Part shown: positions 8,459-16,980 of the stretch, one piece after another
How the letters are laid out: each line of letters opens with the position of its first letter
How positions within the stretch are numbered: position 1 is the stretch's first letter
Assembly (NCBI GenBank): GCA_016195025.1
Contig: JACQAL010000036.1
Span: 19,411 to 83,410 of the forward strand
Length of the DNA stretch: 64,000 nucleotides
DNA from: Bacteroidota bacterium
GTDB taxonomy: Bacteria > Bacteroidota > Bacteroidia > Palsa-948
Reading direction: 5' to 3'
Translations under genes and position numbers: made by a program
Notes under the pieces: generated by a model
Databases searched by the model: none
What the model was told of the DNA's origin: nothing
What the model saw: the letters and a program-made list of their open reading frames with translations, nothing else

Positions 8459-8718
8459 TTACCGTCATCGTTCACCGAGTTACCGATATACTTCACCGGC
8501 TTACCGATGTACTTCACCGGCTTATCGTCATACATCAGGGGCTTATCTCCATATTTCAGCCGCTTACCTCCATACTTCAGCCGCTTATCGATGTACCTCC
8601 ATACTTCACCCATTTACCGTCATACTTCAGGGGCTTATCGTCATACTTCGATGGCTTACCGATATACATCACTCGCTTACCTCCATCGATAAGTCGCTTA
8701 CCTATCATCATTTTCCGA
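8459..8718. repeat. Degenerate 21-bp tandem repeat array, about 12 units, consensus near TTAYCGWYATACTTCASSGGC
   Basis: Units start at 8459, 8480, 8501, 8522, 8543, 8564, 8593, 8614, 8635, 8656, 8677, 8698; one 8-nt partial unit at 8585-8592. Confidence 0.9.
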
Positions 8719-8825
8719 TTGATTCTGCATATTACTTTGTATTCTGCAAAATTCCGATAGATGTAGGGAACAGAATTTTACTTTTCTCTGAAAAAGATGC
8801 TGCGATGTAAATAGAAAAATCAGTT

Positions 8826-10151
8826 TCAACCTTTTTCCTTCAGCAGCGATTCAATGAAAGAAATCATTTCCGCTTTTTCTTTTTCATGCTCGCTGCCGGT
8901 GGCGGGACCCGAATAGCCCGTGTGAATTTTCCGCACGTTTCCTTTTCTGTCAATAATAATTGTGGTGGGAAATGACATAACATGATTGAGCATGGGCAAT
9001 GCTTTGTCGGCATCTTTCGGATTAAATCCCGTAATCAGAAAATCATAACCGGCATTGAATTTATGTTGAAGGCGCAAAACATTTTCTTTTGCTTTCTCAA
9101 ATGCATCCGCTTTCTCGAAACACAATCCAATTATTTCAACCCCTTGCGATTTATATTTATTGTAAAGTTCGGAAAGAAAAATGGTTTCGTCCATGCAATT
9201 GGGGCACCACGAGCCCATGATTTGAAGAATCACTACTTTGTTTTTATATTTTTCATCCGAGAGCGAAACTTTTTTGTTCTCCGGATTCGGAAAAGTGAAA
9301 TCTACTTTTGGAAAACTTTTCTTCAGGAACGTGAGCGAGTCGGCATTTCTCAATCTGAAAGTGGAATCTTTATTTGCCAGCCATGTTTCCTGGTGGTGAA
9401 TGCCGGAATAAAATTCTCCCCAAATGGTGCTGTCTTCCAGAATCTGCGCGTGAAACACAAACGCATGCGAGCCATCAAAGCAGGAAAGCAGCATGTAATT
9501 TCCAAACACGCATCCTTCGAGATAGCGGTAGTCGCCCGTTTCGGTCAGAAAAGTTCCGGTGGCGCCATGCGCAGTTTGCCTGAACACTCCAATGGCGTAA
9601 GAACTATCGGGCTGATTGGGGCTGAACAGGCATTTCCATTTTCCTTCGAACAAAAAGTTTTTGTCATACTCCGGGCAATCGAAGCGGTTGGTTTCTCCGT
9701 AAACGGCTTTGAAGGGAATTACATTTTTATCTTTCCGCGAATGATTGTACCAGTTTCCTTCCAGCAGTGTGTCGCCTGAAATTTTGCATCGGAACTCCGA
9801 ATCAAACACGGGCATGCGGATAAAAACGGAATCGTTGCTGAAAGAAATTTCATTTACAATGATTTTTTCTTCTGCATTGTGAATAGTAATTTTGGTTGAA
9901 TCGTTTTGAAACGTTAAATCAAAATTGAAAGGAAGAATCAAGCCGGTGGAATCAACCAGAGTTAAAATGCCTCTCCATTTTCCTTCTTTGAGTAAAGAAA
10001 TTTTTTTTGCATTTCCGCAGGAGAATAGAATAGATATAAAAGCAATACAGGAAATAAGTAAAATGCAATGCAAATCCGCGAACACATGCGAACACCGCGA
10101 ATTATTTTGTGTTTTGTTCGCAGTGTTCGAATACATTCGCATAGTTCGCAT
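8826..10151 (-). CDS. TlpA-family disulfide reductase/peroxiredoxin-like lipoprotein (true start uncertain)
   Basis: QIMGSWCPNCMDE motif; GTFLTETGDYRYLEG; lipobox LFSC; first ~28 codons overlap a repeat. Confidence 0.85.
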   Translation of the reverse strand: MRTMRMYSNTANKTQNNSRCSHVFADLHCILLISCIAFISILFSCGNAKKISLLKEGKWRGILTLVDSTGLILPFNFDLTFQNDSTKITIHNAEEKIIVNEISFSNDSVFIRMPVFDSEFRCKISGDTLLEGNWYNHSRKDKNVIPFKAVYGETNRFDCPEYDKNFLFEGKWKCLFSPNQPDSSYAIGVFRQTAHGATGTFLTETGDYRYLEGCVFGNYMLLSCFDGSHAFVFHAQILEDSTIWGEFYSGIHHQETWLANKDSTFRLRNADSLTFLKKSFPKVDFTFPNPENKKVSLSDEKYKNKVVILQIMGSWCPNCMDETIFLSELYNKYKSQGVEIIGLCFEKADAFEKAKENVLRLQHKFNAGYDFLITGFNPKDADKALPMLNHVMSFPTTIIIDRKGNVRKIHTGYSGPATGSEHEKEKAEMISFIESLLKEKG

Positions 10152-10152
10152 T
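10077..10152. repeat. Inverted array of roughly 9-bp GCGAA/TTCGC units
   Basis: cgcgaacacatgcgaacaccgcgaa...ttcgcagtgttcgaatacattcgcatagttcgca. Confidence 0.6.
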
Positions 10153-10166
10153 AGTTTATCTGCAAC

Positions 10167-11504
10167 TCATTTGAAGATTCTGAAAATATCGTTGCCCAGC
10201 GCGTAAACCATCAGAGAGATTAATAAAAACATTCCGACATACTGCGCATATTCCAGAAACTTATCGCTGGGTTTTCTGCGGGTGATAACTTCGTACAATA
10301 AAAATAAAACGTGCCCGCCATCGAGCGCGGGAATCGGGAGAATGTTCATGAACGCAAGCACGATGGAAAGAACTGCGGTGAGTTCCCAGAACGGCTCCCA
10401 TTCCCATTGCGGTGGAAATAAATCTCCGATGGAAATAAAACTTCCCACGCCTTTGTACGCGCCCGTTTTGAAATTGAAAATAAGTTTGAACTGGCGGATG
10501 TAGTCCGTAAGTTTTTCAATTGCTTTGTGAATTCCCGCAGGGAAGGACTGAAAAAATCCATATTGCGTAACATTGAAGTCGTAAATTTTTTCTTTGCGCA
10601 ATTCTTTAAAGTCAATAAACGCTGGCGCCACTCCGATTTTTCCGGTACTGTCTGCCATAACAGAAATTACCAGCGTTTCTTCTCCGCGCTTTACAGTTAA
10701 TTTGACCTGCGAATTTTTTTTACCTGCCATCCGCGTCCTGAATTCATCGTAATAATTTATTGTGCTGTCATTAAGCGCAAGAATATGGTCTTTCTTTTTT
10801 ATTCCGGCTTTTTCCGCGTTGGAGTTTTCCGAAAATCCTCCTATGTAAAACGGAATGCGTGGAAAAAGAAATGGCGCGCGTTTGTCCACTAATTTCTCTA
10901 TGAAATCTTTTGGAATGACGAGCGTGGTGTCTTTCCCGTTTCTGTTTATCTGAACGTTTTTTCCATAGAGCATTTCGTGAATCACGTTCTGAAAGTTTTC
11001 CACGTTTTTTCCATCCACAGAAATAATTTTATCTCCGTTTCTGAAACCCACATCTTCCGCCAGCGAATCAATGCACCATATTCCGTCTTTCAAATTTGCG
11101 GTGGGCAAATATTTTTCTCCGAACGTAAAAAGCAGCATGGCATAAATTCCCATAGCGAGAATTAAATTCATCGTCACACCTCCAACCATCACAATCAATC
11201 TTTGCCATGCGGGCTTGCTGCGGAATTCCCATGGCTCGGCAGGTTTTTTCATCTGCTCTTTGTCCATGCTCTCATCAATCATTCCGGAGATTTTCACATA
11301 ACCTCCGAGCGGAATCCATCCGATGCCGTATTCCGTATCGCCTTTTTTTATTTTGAAGAGAGAGAACCAGGGGTCGAAGAAGAGATAAAATTTTTCCACG
11401 CGCATTTTGAAAAGTTTGGAAGGAATAAAATGCCCGAGTTCGTGCAGCACGACTAAAATTGAAAGTGAAAGAATAAGTTGCGAGGCTTTAATTAGAATTT
11501 CCAT
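10167..11504 (-). CDS. rseP: RIP metalloprotease RseP
   Basis: HELGH, IPLGGYVKI, NILPIPALDGGH motifs; follows dxr. Confidence 0.97.
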   Translation of the reverse strand: MEILIKASQLILSLSILVVLHELGHFIPSKLFKMRVEKFYLFFDPWFSLFKIKKGDTEYGIGWIPLGGYVKISGMIDESMDKEQMKKPAEPWEFRSKPAWQRLIVMVGGVTMNLILAMGIYAMLLFTFGEKYLPTANLKDGIWCIDSLAEDVGFRNGDKIISVDGKNVENFQNVIHEMLYGKNVQINRNGKDTTLVIPKDFIEKLVDKRAPFLFPRIPFYIGGFSENSNAEKAGIKKKDHILALNDSTINYYDEFRTRMAGKKNSQVKLTVKRGEETLVISVMADSTGKIGVAPAFIDFKELRKEKIYDFNVTQYGFFQSFPAGIHKAIEKLTDYIRQFKLIFNFKTGAYKGVGSFISIGDLFPPQWEWEPFWELTAVLSIVLAFMNILPIPALDGGHVLFLLYEVITRRKPSDKFLEYAQYVGMFLLISLMVYALGNDIFRIFK

Positions 11505-11512
11505 ATGAAAAT

Positions 11513-12685
11513 TTAGAGGGCAAAAGTAGGATAAAATTCCATAGCGGTTTTCCTTGCTTCCGAATCTGAATTAACAAAATCACTGTATGAAGGCTTGGCA
11601 ATAAACGGAACCTTTGAAATTGTTTTTTCAATCACTTCGGGGATTTTTGTAAAGGCAATTTTTTCTTCGAGAAATAATTTAACTGCAACTTCATTTGCTG
11701 CGTTCAGAATGCACGGAGCGTTGCCACCTTTCTTCATTGCTTCGAATGCAAGTGGAAGACAGCGAAAAGTTTTTGTATCGGGTTTTTCGAAAGATAAATT
11801 TGGATAATCAATAAAATTAAAACGCTCGAATGTTGAAGGCAAACGATTCGGATAACTCAGCGCGTATTGAATCGGCAATTTCATATCCGGCAAACCCATT
11901 TGGGCTTTCATTGAGCCGTCTTCAAATTGCACTATGGAATGAATAATACTTTGCGGATGAATGATGACTTCAATTTGTTCGGGCTTGAGATGAAACAACC
12001 ATTTCGCTTCAATCACTTCGAGTCCTTTGTTCATCAGCGTGGCGGAATCAATCGTGATCTTCGCACCCATTTCCCAGTTGGGATGTTTGAGTGCCTGCGC
12101 TTTTGTAACCGAAGAAAGAAACGCAGCATCTTTTCCTCGGAACGGACCGCCAGAAGCAGTGAGATAAATTTTTTCAATTTTGTTTTCCCATTCTCCCGCC
12201 ATGCACTGAAAAATTGCAGAGTGCTCCGAATCCACAGGATAAATATTTACTCCGTTTTCTTTTGCGAGCGCGGTGACCAACTCTCCCGCGACAACCAGCG
12301 TTTCTTTATTTGCCAGCGCAATATTTTTTTTCGCTTTGATGGCGGAAATAACAGAAGCAAGTCCCGCATAGCCGACAATTCCTGCAAGCACAACATCTAT
12401 CGAATCCATTTGCACCACTTGCTCAATGGATTTATTTCCTGCGTAAACTTTTATCTGATGAGATGCAAGAGCAGATTTTATTTTTTCATATTTGCTTTCA
12501 TCAGCTATCACCACGCAGTTGGGTTTGAACTCTATTGCCTGCTGAATTAACAGATCAGCATTGCCGTTTGCCGTGAGAACTTCCACCACAAAACTTTCGG
12601 GATGTGATTTTATCACTTCCAGCGCCTGAGTTCCTATTGAACCTGTGCTGCCGAGGATGGCTATGTGTTTTTTCTTTTGCTTCAT
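11513..12685 (-). CDS. dxr: 1-deoxy-D-xylulose-5-phosphate reductoisomerase
   Basis: LGSTGSIG, LANKE, PVDSEH, HPNWEMGAKITIDSATLMNKGLE. Confidence 0.98.
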   Translation of the reverse strand: MKQKKKHIAILGSTGSIGTQALEVIKSHPESFVVEVLTANGNADLLIQQAIEFKPNCVVIADESKYEKIKSALASHQIKVYAGNKSIEQVVQMDSIDVVLAGIVGYAGLASVISAIKAKKNIALANKETLVVAGELVTALAKENGVNIYPVDSEHSAIFQCMAGEWENKIEKIYLTASGGPFRGKDAAFLSSVTKAQALKHPNWEMGAKITIDSATLMNKGLEVIEAKWLFHLKPEQIEVIIHPQSIIHSIVQFEDGSMKAQMGLPDMKLPIQYALSYPNRLPSTFERFNFIDYPNLSFEKPDTKTFRCLPLAFEAMKKGGNAPCILNAANEVAVKLFLEEKIAFTKIPEVIEKTISKVPFIAKPSYSDFVNSDSEARKTAMEFYPTFAL

Positions 12686-12717
12686 TCGTAGATTCGTATA
12701 GATTCGTTTTTCGTAGA

Positions 12718-13590
12718 TTAAAAAACCATATACTCCTGCGGGTCAATCGGAGTGCCGTTATACCAGAGTTCAAAATGCAAATGCGGTCCGCTGGTTTGCT
12801 CGCCAGAGTTTCCAATCACCGCAATGGCTTCGCCTGCTTTCACAAACTGCCCCGCTTTTTTCATCAGCACCGAGCAATGCTTGTATGCCGACACCAGATT
12901 ATTTGAATGTTGTATCTGAATGGTATAACCCGTTTCAGAAGTCCATCCCGAAAATAAAACTGTTCCGTCAAGCGCGGCTTTGATGGGTTCATTTTCTTTC
13001 GCGGCAATATCCACTCCGTAATGTTCTTCCGCAGAGTTGAACGAAGCGGTTACCATTCCTTTCACAGGAGTGAAAAAGAAAAAGCTGCTGATTCCTTTTC
13101 CGTTTTTATTTTCTGAAAACGCCAGCGAATATTTATCCTGCGATTCCACTTCCGAACGGAATGCGACTTCTTCTTTGGTGGGTTTGATGTCTGCATTTTT
13201 CGGAACAGGATTTTTTTCTGTTTTATTTTTTTGAACCGCTGTGTCTCCTGAAACATTTCCGTTCAGAATATTTTTCAGGTTGTCCATTGCCTGCGTGCGC
13301 AGGTTCAATTCATATTGCAGCGAATCAAGTTTCAGCGAAAGATTGATGAGTTCCTGCCTCGTATTCACTTCCAAGCCGTAGCCGGGAATGTATTCGCGCA
13401 GCGGAGTGAATGCAACTAAACTTACGGTGAGCGTTATCATCACAATCGAAATCAATCCCACAAGCACAAAAATATTTAATGGGGTAAGCTTGAGAGAAAA
13501 TTGCTCCTCGAAAGAATCATCGTTCATCACCACCAGCCGGTAGCGATTGCGGATTTTCGCCCAGAAACCCTGTTTTTTCTTTTCTTCCAT
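12718..13590 (-). CDS. M23 family metallopeptidase
   Basis: HYGVD and GPHLHFE motifs; N-terminal TM and coiled coil; start taken at MEEKKK behind a TATCTTTG box (13603-13610). Confidence 0.92.
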   Translation of the reverse strand: MEEKKKQGFWAKIRNRYRLVVMNDDSFEEQFSLKLTPLNIFVLVGLISIVMITLTVSLVAFTPLREYIPGYGLEVNTRQELINLSLKLDSLQYELNLRTQAMDNLKNILNGNVSGDTAVQKNKTEKNPVPKNADIKPTKEEVAFRSEVESQDKYSLAFSENKNGKGISSFFFFTPVKGMVTASFNSAEEHYGVDIAAKENEPIKAALDGTVLFSGWTSETGYTIQIQHSNNLVSAYKHCSVLMKKAGQFVKAGEAIAVIGNSGEQTSGPHLHFELWYNGTPIDPQEYMVF

Positions 13591-13616
13591 ATAATAAGGT
13601 AGCAAAGATAGAAAAA

Positions 13617-13672
13617 CTCACCCCGTCCTTCCGGACACCCCTCTCTTTGCGAAAGAGAGGGGAAGGGGTAAG
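13617..13672. repeat. REP-like GC-rich palindrome
   Basis: CCCCTCTCTTT-GCG-AAAGAGAGGGG (13638-13662) inside outer CTCACCCC/GGGGTAAG arms. Confidence 0.7.
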
Positions 13673-13686
13673 TTCCAAAAAATAAA

Positions 13687-13717
13687 TTTGGTGGTTTCAA
13701 AAAGGTTTGTACATTTG
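13687..13717 (+). promoter_or_regulatory. Sigma-A promoter of the sulfate assimilation operon
   Basis: TTTG (13687-13690), N19, TACATTTG (13710-13717), matching the Bacteroidota -33/-7 consensus. Confidence 0.8.
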
Positions 13718-13741
13718 CCTACTAAATTGGTCGAGTTTCAA

Positions 13742-13831
13742 ATGAAGACAAAAATTACTTTCCAGACAATTATGACAATGTGTTGCTGCTGCTATATGCG
13801 GACGAGGAAGGGTTTTGTTTTTAAGCGATAA
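13742..13831 (+). CDS. Poly-Cys leader peptide, 29 aa MKTKITFQTIMTMCCCCYMRTRKGFVFKR
   Basis: Hand translation; four consecutive Cys codons at 13781-13792 between the promoter and a terminator upstream of sulfite reductase. Confidence 0.85.
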   Translation: MKTKITFQTIMTMCCCCYMRTRKGFVFKR

Positions 13832-13891
13832 AAAAATAAAACGTAACAGGCAAAAGCCCTTCCGAATAAAACCGCGAAGGGCTTTTTTGTT
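13806..13891 (+). promoter_or_regulatory. Attenuator with alternative antiterminator and terminator hairpins
   Basis: Terminator AAAAGCCCTTC (13852-13862)/GAAGGGCTTTT (13876-13886) plus T tract; GGAAGGGTTTT (13806-13816) can pair with AAAGCCCTTCC (13853-13863). Confidence 0.8.
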
Positions 13892-13934
13892 GCCCGGAAT
13901 CCGAACAAGAATCATAAAAAAGAAAAAATAAAAT

Positions 13935-16055
13935 ATGCAAAGTTTCAGAACAGAGTTAGAAAATCCAATCGTAGAAAAAGACATTCTCGATTTGGAAAAA
14001 AAGATTTCTCTTTTCCGCGAAGGGAAAATTGATTCCGAAAAATTCCGTTCGCTTCGCCTTGCGCGCGGAGTTTACGGGCAGCGCCAGCAGGGAGTGCAGA
14101 TGATTAGGATAAAAATTCCGTTTGGAAAACTTTCGGTAAATCAATTGCTCGCCATCGCGGATATTTCGGATGAATATTCAACAGGCAATCTTCACCTCAC
14201 CACGCGTCAGGATGTGCAGATACATTATGTGTCGCTCGACAAAACTCCTGAACTCTGGGCAAAACTCGAGGCGAGCGACATCACGCTCCGCGAAGCGTGC
14301 GGAAACACAGTACGCAACATCACCGCGTCTGACATCGCGGGCATTGACCCGAAAGAACCTTTTGATGTTACGCCTTACGCGAACGCACTCTTCAAATTCT
14401 TTTTGAGAAATCCTATTCAGGAATCTCTCGGAAGAAAATTCAAGATTGCTTTTTCTTCGAGCGATGACGACACCGCTTATACTTTCATTCACGATTTAGG
14501 ATTTATTCCTAAGGTGAAAATTGAAAATGGAAAAATTGTTCGCGGTTTCAAAGTGGTGATTGGAGGAGGACTTGGTGCTCAACCATTCCTCGCACACACG
14601 GCTTATGAATTCCTGCCGGAAGAAAAAATTATTCCATTCGCGGAAGCAGCAGTCCGCGTGTTTGACCGCTATGGAGAAAGAACCAACCGCCACAAAGCGC
14701 GTTTGAAATATCTCATAGCGAAAATAGGGCTGGGAGAATTTTTGAGATTGGTGGAAGAAGAAACGCTCTCTTTGAAATCTGTTTCGTCAGAAGTTAAATT
14801 TGAATCTGAGATTCCGGATTTATCTCATCTGCAAAATACATTTACAACTTTAAAAATTTCTGACGACAGAAAATATCAGGAATGGTTAGACACAAACACA
14901 TTTGAACAAAAACAGCAGGGATATTTTGCGGTAGGAATAAATGTTCCGTTGGGAAATATAAAAACGAATAACGTTAGGAAGTTCGCAGAGATTGTAAAAA
15001 AATATTCTGCGGATGACATTCGTATTACTATCTCGCAAAACTTTTTGTTGCGCTTTGTTCCGAAACAGGCACTTCCCGCATTGTATAAAGAACTTGACGC
15101 AATCGGTTTGACTTTGCCCGGCTTTGGAAGCATTGCCGATATAACGGCTTGCCCGGGAACAGATACCTGCAATTTGGGAATTTCAAATTCCACAGGCATT
15201 GCGCTCGAACTTGAAAAAGTTATCCGCAATGAATTTTCGGAATTAGTTTACGAAAAGAATATTAAAATAAAAATCAGCGGGTGCATGAATTCCTGCGGAC
15301 AGCATTCGCTCGCGCACATCGGTTTTCACGGAAGCACTTTCAAGGCAGGCGCGCACGTTGTTCCCGCGTTGCAATTGCTTCTCGGTGGCGGTGCAACAGG
15401 AAATGGCGAAGGAAGAATCTCAGATAAGATTGTAAAAATTCCTTCCAAGCGCGGTCCCGCTGTTCTGAGAGCGATTCTTCGTGATTATGAAAAAAATTCT
15501 TTGCAGGAAGAAACCTTCAACGAATATTTTGACGCGCAGGGAAGAGAATATTTTGAAAATCTTTTGAAAGAGTTTACGGATTTATCTGCGCTCACCAATG
15601 ATGAATATAAAGATTGGGGATATGATGAAGCGTTCAAACCTGCAATCGGAGTTGGAGAATGCGCTGGAGTGCAGATTGATTTGGTGGCAACATTATTTTT
15701 TGAAGCAGAAGAAAAACTGGATTCTGCATTCACTTCTTTCGCTGAAAAACTTTTTGCCGATTCAATTTATCATTCATACAGCACATTTATTCATTCTGCA
15801 AAAGCAATATTGCTCACAAAACAAATTCAAACCAATTCTCAGTACAGTGTGCTGAATGAGTTTGAAAAACATTTTATACAGACAGGAGAAGATAAATTTC
15901 AGAATGGATTCAAAACTTTAGTTCTCCAAATTAACCAGACAGAACCTGAAAAAGAATTCGCTGAGTTTTATTTCACGCAGGCAAAATCATTTTTGAAATG
16001 GGTGAAAGAATACCGCGAAGAACAAATTAAAAAGGAAAGTTTAATCACAGCATAG
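13935..16055 (+). CDS. Siroheme/4Fe-4S sulfite (nitrite) reductase with C-terminal HEPN-like domain
   Basis: LTTRQDVQ, ACPGTDTC, SGCMNSCG motifs; heads the cys operon. Confidence 0.92.
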   Translation: MQSFRTELENPIVEKDILDLEKKISLFREGKIDSEKFRSLRLARGVYGQRQQGVQMIRIKIPFGKLSVNQLLAIADISDEYSTGNLHLTTRQDVQIHYVSLDKTPELWAKLEASDITLREACGNTVRNITASDIAGIDPKEPFDVTPYANALFKFFLRNPIQESLGRKFKIAFSSSDDDTAYTFIHDLGFIPKVKIENGKIVRGFKVVIGGGLGAQPFLAHTAYEFLPEEKIIPFAEAAVRVFDRYGERTNRHKARLKYLIAKIGLGEFLRLVEEETLSLKSVSSEVKFESEIPDLSHLQNTFTTLKISDDRKYQEWLDTNTFEQKQQGYFAVGINVPLGNIKTNNVRKFAEIVKKYSADDIRITISQNFLLRFVPKQALPALYKELDAIGLTLPGFGSIADITACPGTDTCNLGISNSTGIALELEKVIRNEFSELVYEKNIKIKISGCMNSCGQHSLAHIGFHGSTFKAGAHVVPALQLLLGGGATGNGEGRISDKIVKIPSKRGPAVLRAILRDYEKNSLQEETFNEYFDAQGREYFENLLKEFTDLSALTNDEYKDWGYDEAFKPAIGVGECAGVQIDLVATLFFEAEEKLDSAFTSFAEKLFADSIYHSYSTFIHSAKAILLTKQIQTNSQYSVLNEFEKHFIQTGEDKFQNGFKTLVLQINQTEPEKEFAEFYFTQAKSFLKWVKEYREEQIKKESLITA

Positions 16056-16056
16056 A

Positions 16057-16122
16057 ATGAAAAAGTTTCTGATAAAATATAAGTACGAATACTGTTGTTG
16101 CTGTCGAATGTGTCGAATGTGA
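16057..16122 (+). CDS. Second poly-Cys small ORF, 21 aa MKKFLIKYKYEYCCCCRMCRM
   Basis: Hand translation; ATG 1 nt after the reductase stop; Cys codons at 16093-16104 and 16111-16113. Confidence 0.75.
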   Translation: MKKFLIKYKYEYCCCCRMCRM

Positions 16123-16130
16123 AGTAACTA

Positions 16131-16179
16131 AAACCGGAAACAAAACACCTGAAACTAAAAACTAATAACTATAAACTAA
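16131..16179. repeat. Heptamer tandem array (AAACTAA-like, 7 units)
   Basis: aaaccgg aaacaaa acacctg aaactaa aaactaa taactat aaactaa. Confidence 0.65.
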
Positions 16180-16184
16180 AAATT

Positions 16185-16958
16185 ATGTCAAACAAAAAAA
16201 TACAACCCAAACTAACTCTCGCAGGCGCAGGTCCCGGAGATCCGGATTTAATCACTGCGAAAGCAATCAACGCACTCGGAAAAGCCGACATTGTTTTGTA
16301 CGATGCGCTTGTAAATCCCGTTCTTCTTAAATATGCTTCACCGAATGTGAAAAAGATTTTCGTAGGAAAAAGAAACGGGCAGCATTCACTCAAGCAGGAG
16401 CAAATCAATAATCTCATAGTGGATTTAGCATTTACTTACGGACACATTGTTCGTTTAAAAGGAGGCGACCCATTTGTTTTCGGGCGCGGCTACGAAGAAA
16501 TTGAATATGCAGAATCATTCAACATAGAAACAGAAGTGATTCCCGGAATTTCTTCTTCAGTAGGCGTTCCTGCACGCGCTGGAATTCCTGTCACGCACCG
16601 TGGAGCCAGCGAAAGTTTCTGGGTGATTACCGGAACTACGCGCACAGGAGAACTTTCAAAAGATATTGCGCTCGCTTCACAGAGCACAGCAACAGTTGTC
16701 ATCCTGATGGGCGTTCATAAACTTCACGAGATTGTGGAAGTTTATAAATCATCCGGAAAAGAAAATCTTCCGATAGCGCTGATTCAGAACGGAACTTTGC
16801 CCGAAGAAAAAATTGCAGTGGGAACAATTTCTACCATAGAGAAAATCGTGAAAGAAAAACAAATCGGTTCGCCTGCAGTGATTGTTGCCGGAGAAGTTGT
16901 GAAACTTCATCCTGAATTTGTAGCGGAAGAAGTTTTGGAAAAATATCTGTTAAATTAA
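16185..16958 (+). CDS. cobA: Uroporphyrinogen-III C-methyltransferase (siroheme synthesis)
   Basis: GAGPGDPDLIT, RLKGGDPFVFGRG, IPVTHRG. Confidence 0.95.
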   Translation: MSNKKIQPKLTLAGAGPGDPDLITAKAINALGKADIVLYDALVNPVLLKYASPNVKKIFVGKRNGQHSLKQEQINNLIVDLAFTYGHIVRLKGGDPFVFGRGYEEIEYAESFNIETEVIPGISSSVGVPARAGIPVTHRGASESFWVITGTTRTGELSKDIALASQSTATVVILMGVHKLHEIVEVYKSSGKENLPIALIQNGTLPEEKIAVGTISTIEKIVKEKQIGSPAVIVAGEVVKLHPEFVAEEVLEKYLLN

Positions 16959-16980
16959 TTTTCGTAAAGCAAAAACAAAA

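Noticed and set aside
8459-8718. CRISPR array
   Set aside because: Units are contiguous degenerate 21-mers with no unique spacers, and no cas genes are in the window
8383-8760. 125-aa ORF (and antisense 8407-8613) as real genes
   Set aside because: They run through the terminator hairpin and repeat array and change repeat phase midway; openness is explained by the repeat
6191-8760. Prophage, IS or diversity-generating retroelement
   Set aside because: No integrase, transposase, reverse transcriptase, structural genes or TR/VR pair seen
13720-13934. SAM riboswitch or T-box upstream of the cys operon
   Set aside because: No recognisable SAM-I/II core or T-box TGGNACCGCG motif; the leader peptide explains the structure
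13697-13984. 95-aa minus-strand ORF in the cys leader
   Set aside because: Antisense shadow of the promoter, leader peptide and attenuator
16185-16958. Cobalamin biosynthesis locus
   Set aside because: Context (sulfite reductase, ferrochelatase) indicates siroheme synthesis; no cbi/cob genes
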